NCBI GenBank assembly: GCA_017654855.1
Contig: CM030333.1
Coordinates: 620,001-684,000 of the forward strand
DNA from: Podospora anserina
Lineage: Eukaryota
DNA: 64,000 bases
Direction: 5' to 3'
Shown: piece by piece, positions 63,101-64,000 of the stretch
Numbering within the stretch: the stretch's first letter is position 1
Layout of the letters: each line of letters begins with the position of its first letter
Translations under genes and position numbers: made by a program
The notes under the pieces: model-generated
Told to the model about the DNA's origin: nothing
The model's database searches: none
What the model saw: the letters and a program-made list of their open reading frames with translations, nothing else

Positions 63101-63607
63101 TTCGGCAGCCCTGGGAAGCGCTGGGGATGGAACTGGTGGAAGGAGGAGGTCAAGCACACTATCAAGGAGCCCGGTGACGGCCGGAACCACTCCGCTGAGG
63201 TCGCCAATGAGGATGTCGAGGAGGTTTGGCTGTCTTGGCTGGTTGAAAGACGCAAAGTATTCGAGGGTTTTCTCAGGGGTGCCGAACATCGACAGCAGAC
63301 TTGGGTCGGCTTGACGTTTCTCTAGCTGCCCTTCGGAGTTGTCTGATACCGTCGAAGGTGTGTCTTGATCATGGTCTGATTGACGCTTCTCCAACGCTTC
63401 TTCTGGGAGAATCGGTGTAATCAGCCCTTCTACCAGACCCCCGATGTCAAGTTGGCGCTTCTTCAGAGACTCTTTAGACGCATCGTCACCGGCACTGGGG
63501 ACGTCATGGAGGACTGGGGCGAGTACTGGGGCTGCTTGGTCCAAAGGAGCAGCTGCGACCGACAGACCGCCGAGGGCGAGGGTGCTGTAGAGAACAAAGT
63601 ATTTCAT
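60106..63607 (-). CDS. Secreted GH18 (class III / subgroup B-type) chitinase-like protein with a long Pro/Ser/Thr/Leu-rich N-terminal region. Exons 63607-61089 (two 1-nt frameshifts at ~62984 and ~61337), 60936-60693, 60409-60106
   Basis: Signal peptide; NVSVYYGQ, LADVCADPNVDLVILGFV, IKTCQATHGKKVLGSLGG, FANKLWQLFGP, RPFGTAVVDGFDL, YLSAAPWC, KFLIGIPA and LGGVMVFD. Introns GTAAGT..CTAAC..CAG (61088-60937) and GTGAGT..CTAAC..TAG (60692-60410). Confidence 0.82.
62340..62700 (-). repeat. Coding 15-bp / pentapeptide tandem repeat ([ST]LP[ST][VIL])n
   Basis: Translation LPSVSLPSVSVPSVQVPSLSVPTL...ISLPSVSLPSVSLPSVTLPSLELPAVSLPSVSLPSLTLPTISLPSL. Confidence 0.85.
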
Positions 63608-64000
63608 GATGGGTTGTCGTTCCTAGCCACCATGGCTCTGCTTGATGATCCCAAGCTTCTCTCCCAAGGATGCCTTCATGATGGCATATGTACGACGGGC
63701 CGTTCCGTACAATCAACCATGGACCTGGGAGTGATTTCGAGAAAACGCGTCCAAATAATTCCTTCAGACGCGTGAAATGGAATGCCTCTGCCATTCTTTA
63801 ATTCGATTGCTATATGTACGATGGTAGACATAATGGTGCGATATTGTCCCTCCTGCCCAGCCCAATTTTGTGATAGATTTCTCCGCATCACGGCAAGCTG
63901 TCTTGACTCCTGGAATGCGGCCAGTTCGCGTGCTCCCGAATGTCTAAGAAGACGGTCCGCTCATGTAGGGAGTGATCTTTGGCCACCGATAACTGTCGGC

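Overview
Eukaryotic, intron-containing fungal DNA (GT..CTAAC..AG introns). Gene content, an AT-rich RIP-like relic and the LTR structure suggest a Sordariales fungus, probably Podospora-like; this is an inference. Conserved genes: SPT6, a dienelactone hydrolase, a PIG3-type quinone oxidoreductase, a ccg-6-like GPI cell-wall protein, an ACSS3/PrpE-like acyl-CoA synthetase ending in the PTS1 signal AKL, a BRCT protein, the APSES factor StuA/Asm-1 behind a ~14 kb gene desert, a fungal TACC (Slk19/Alp7-like) protein, a DHA1 MFS transporter and gamma-glutamyl phosphate reductase. Two accessory patches (~8.2-12.6 kb and ~53-59.5 kb) hold orphan membrane-anchored ORFs, a frameshifted kinase-like remnant, and an AT-rich relic carrying two solo LTRs, each with its own 5-bp TSD. 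Most notable observations: (1) a dispersed family of phased 21-bp tandem arrays at three intergenic loci; (2) a secreted GH18-fold gene that lacks the catalytic DxE residues and is preceded by Kex2-like KR/Q peptides and SLPSV pentapeptide repeats, with two 1-nt frameshifts; (3) a 94-codon ATG-less in-frame N-terminal extension of StuA containing a start-stop uORF; (4) a tandem pair of orphan coiled-coil, tail-anchored paralogs; (5) solo LTRs that share their 3' half but have unrelated, tandem-repeat 5' halves. All product calls come from motif recognition by eye; no database searches were run.
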